DNA of 24,496 nucleotides, taken from positions 1 through 24,496 of the IMG/VR virus record IMGVR_UViG_3300039216_000052; one strand, written 5' to 3'. The notes beneath the pieces are model-generated. The model was given only the letters and a program-made list of their open reading frames with translations, was not told where the DNA came from and did not search any database. The position numbers and the translations under genes are program-made. This document shows positions 22,851-24,496 of the stretch, piece by piece. Source of the stretch: a virus. Lineage: Duplodnaviria > Caudoviricetes. Positions within the stretch are counted from its first letter, which is position 1. The number at the start of each line of letters is the position of its first letter.

Positions 22851-23068
22851 AGTAACGGGCTGTCTCCCGTCCCGAAGAATAACGGGCTTTCCCGCTCCAT
22901 CCGGCCAGCCTTGGCTGAAATGTCGCCCCTGGTTGACCTGAGACGCGTTTCCATCTCCTCGCGCATACTGAGGGCCGCTGCTTTTGCCCTGTCCTCGTCG
23001 CACGTCTCAAGGCCCGCAAACGTCAAACTGTCTTCCGGCCTCACTTCGTTTTGGTTGCGCTTTGCCAT
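22844..23068 (-). CDS. Hypothetical protein (74 aa)
   Basis: GGAGGGG SD, downstream of a putative promoter. Confidence 0.6.
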   Translation of the reverse strand: MAKRNQNEVRPEDSLTFAGLETCDEDRAKAAALSMREEMETRLRSTRGDISAKAGRMERESPLFFGTGDSPLLW

Positions 23069-23093
23069 CCCGTTCCCCTCCTGCCACTCCTCA

Positions 23094-23122
23094 AATATCG
23101 CCCCAAGCCGCTAAGACTTCAA
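23094..23122 (-). promoter_or_regulatory. Putative sigma70 promoter
   Basis: TTGAAG (23122-23117), 17-nt spacer, GATATT (23099-23094). Confidence 0.45.
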
Positions 23123-23127
23123 GCCCC

Positions 23128-23496
23128 CTATTTCCGCTTGCATCCTCGTTGATGTACTCCGTTCAACCCGCCGCACTCAGGGCAACCGCTCGCCCTGGCC
23201 GCTGGCTTTTCTGCTGTCTGCTCGATGACCTTTGCCGATTCCATTACTTCAGGACTCCGCGACTCCTCGACACAAGAAGCTGCAAGCTCGAGCGCGTCTA
23301 GTATCGGGTCGCGCTTCATCTTCTTAATTCGTTCTTTGATCGGTTCCCCCGTCACCGTTTGTGGTCTCCAACTCGCCCCACCATCCGGCACCAGTCGCCG
23401 CAAACAAAGCTCTTTGATTGATATTCCCTCTGCCGCTGCATCCACTCGCAACGACCGCATAATCTCCGCTGGTACATCCCTGATGTTCAAATCCAT
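23128..23496 (-). CDS. Ribbon-helix-helix (Arc/FitA-like) DNA-binding protein with C-terminal Cys/His motif (122 aa)
   Basis: MDLNIRDVPAEIMRSLRVDAAAEGISIKELCLRRL fits the RHH pattern. C-terminal CPECG....HQRGC. GGAGG SD. Confidence 0.8.
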   Translation of the reverse strand: MDLNIRDVPAEIMRSLRVDAAAEGISIKELCLRRLVPDGGASWRPQTVTGEPIKERIKKMKRDPILDALELAASCVEESRSPEVMESAKVIEQTAEKPAARASGCPECGGLNGVHQRGCKRK

Positions 23497-23500
23497 AACC

Positions 23501-23560
23501 TGTCACCTCCGTTACAACTGTTAGCAGTGTAACACACGTCTCATGCGTCACAGTTGTTAC
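23501..23560. repeat. Seven degenerate hexamers at exact 9-bp period (putative RHH operator array)
   Basis: Plus strand TGTCAC, CGTTAC, TGTTAG, TGTAAC, CGTCTC, CGTCAC, TGTTAC at 23501+9n. Confidence 0.7.
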
Positions 23561-23883
23561 GTGATTGTGGCCATATAAGTCTGCTCTATTCAGGGGCTTT
23601 AGAGCCTCCGCGCTGGGGCGATGGCGAGACTCCAGCCACACGTCGGCACGGTGCTGACCGCCTGGGCGCGTTCCTTTGGCGTTTATCCGTGGCACTGTGC
23701 GCTGTGTTTGCAGTGCCTTGCGCGTTGGTGAGCGCGTTGTGTTCGGCGCTGTGCTTTGGCTTTTGTGGTTTGGTTTAGGTTTTCTGTCTATGGGTTTGTA
23801 TGGTGTTGAGTAGGGTATTTCTCTATAGAAGGGTTCGGGTACCGTTGTGGTGTTGTTTTTGTTGCAACGATACCCGAGGTTAA

Positions 23884-24090
23884 CTATTGATCCTGTCTGA
23901 TGTGGTTCGCCGCGTGGCACAAGAGCATTAGACCAAACCTCCACGCCTTGTGTTTTCTGCCTTCCACGCCGTATTTGTTCCCGTATCTTGGCTCAGCGTG
24001 GAATAGGTTCCAGTGTGCATCTTGAAGGTAGGCGATAGCTTGATCTTTGATACTCCATCGCCGTGCTTCAAACTCTGATAAGCCTTCCAT
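23884..24090 (-). CDS. Hypothetical protein (68 aa)
   Basis: GAGGA SD. Competes with the overlapping ORF 23928-24173. Confidence 0.45.
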   Translation of the reverse strand: MEGLSEFEARRWSIKDQAIAYLQDAHWNLFHAEPRYGNKYGVEGRKHKAWRFGLMLLCHAANHIRQDQ

Positions 24091-24159
24091 CTTTCCTCAC
24101 TTTCTTTGCTTTGTGAAGGGTGTCTCTTGTTCCTTCCCTCCGGGGGTTGCGGCTGGGGC

Positions 24160-24474
24160 TTAGATTTCGCCATACCTGCCTAAAATATCCCCAAACTGCC
24201 CCTCATACACGCCAGGAACTTCGCATTCCAACGCCGCTCTCTTAGCCCTGCGCAGCACTTCGCAGCGCCACTCCTCGCGACTTCCGGCAAAGATATAAGG
24301 TCGGTCCACCTCCACCGTGGCGATCTTGGTAGCGTATGGCCCTGGCTTATCGAGCGCTAATTGATTATCCGCGTAGGCTACGAGGGTAAAAGTCTCAATG
24401 TCTCGCACGTGGTCCAGCGCTGTGCGCTGGTGGAGTTCCAATTTGATTGTCGGCACTTCTGTTTTAGTTGGCAT
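24160..24474 (-). CDS. Hypothetical protein (104 aa)
   Basis: AAGGAG SD and a globular-looking composition. Confidence 0.65.
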   Translation of the reverse strand: MPTKTEVPTIKLELHQRTALDHVRDIETFTLVAYADNQLALDKPGPYATKIATVEVDRPYIFAGSREEWRCEVLRRAKRAALECEVPGVYEGQFGDILGRYGEI

Positions 24475-24496
24475 CTCTCGTGCTCCTTCCTTCGGT

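Larger units (their letters stand above)
1..24496 (-). mobile_element. Tailed dsDNA phage/prophage segment (packaging, head and accessory modules), podovirus-like layout
   Basis: Co-oriented, tightly packed minus-strand genes in the order terS-terL-portal-scaffold-capsid-cement-adaptors. No boundaries, att sites or integrase are visible in the window. Confidence 0.93.

Noticed and set aside
21322-23830. CCCT-CTAT-AGGG (~21322) and TTCT-CTAT-AGAA (~23819) mini-hairpins with the same loop
   Set aside because: The stems are only 4 bp and there are two copies, which is compatible with chance.
23324-23944. 206-aa minus-strand ORF
   Set aside because: It overlaps the RHH gene and its operator array, and its composition mirrors the nucleotide skew.

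Overview
The whole window is part of a tailed dsDNA phage or prophage, with essentially every credible gene on the minus strand. Read in transcription order (right to left), it holds small early/accessory genes including a ribbon-helix-helix regulator; a non-coding G-rich/AT-rich junction (~20830-21575); accessory genes including a peptide deformylase; terminase small and large subunits; portal; scaffold; major capsid; cement/decoration proteins; four Lys/Arg-rich micro-proteins; adaptor-like proteins; a signal-peptide-bearing FN3/fibre-like protein; and a C5 DNA methyltransferase that runs off the left edge and is missing from the ORF track. The layout suggests a podovirus-like head module. 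No integrase, lysis gene, tRNA or CRISPR was recognised, and the host cannot be determined. The most notable unexplained signals are: (1) a near-palindrome ACTCCAAAATTTGGAC repeated exactly at three intergenic sites over 16 kb; (2) five basic micro-proteins, three sharing KRGKK and one only 19 aa; (3) structured leaders before the scaffold and capsid genes that share an identical G-AA-G/C-GAAG-C internal loop, downstream of a promoter-leader-terminator unit; and (4) a 9-bp-period repeat array at the RHH gene with a second copy 2.2 kb away. All product calls rest on motifs and gene order read by eye, not on database searches.
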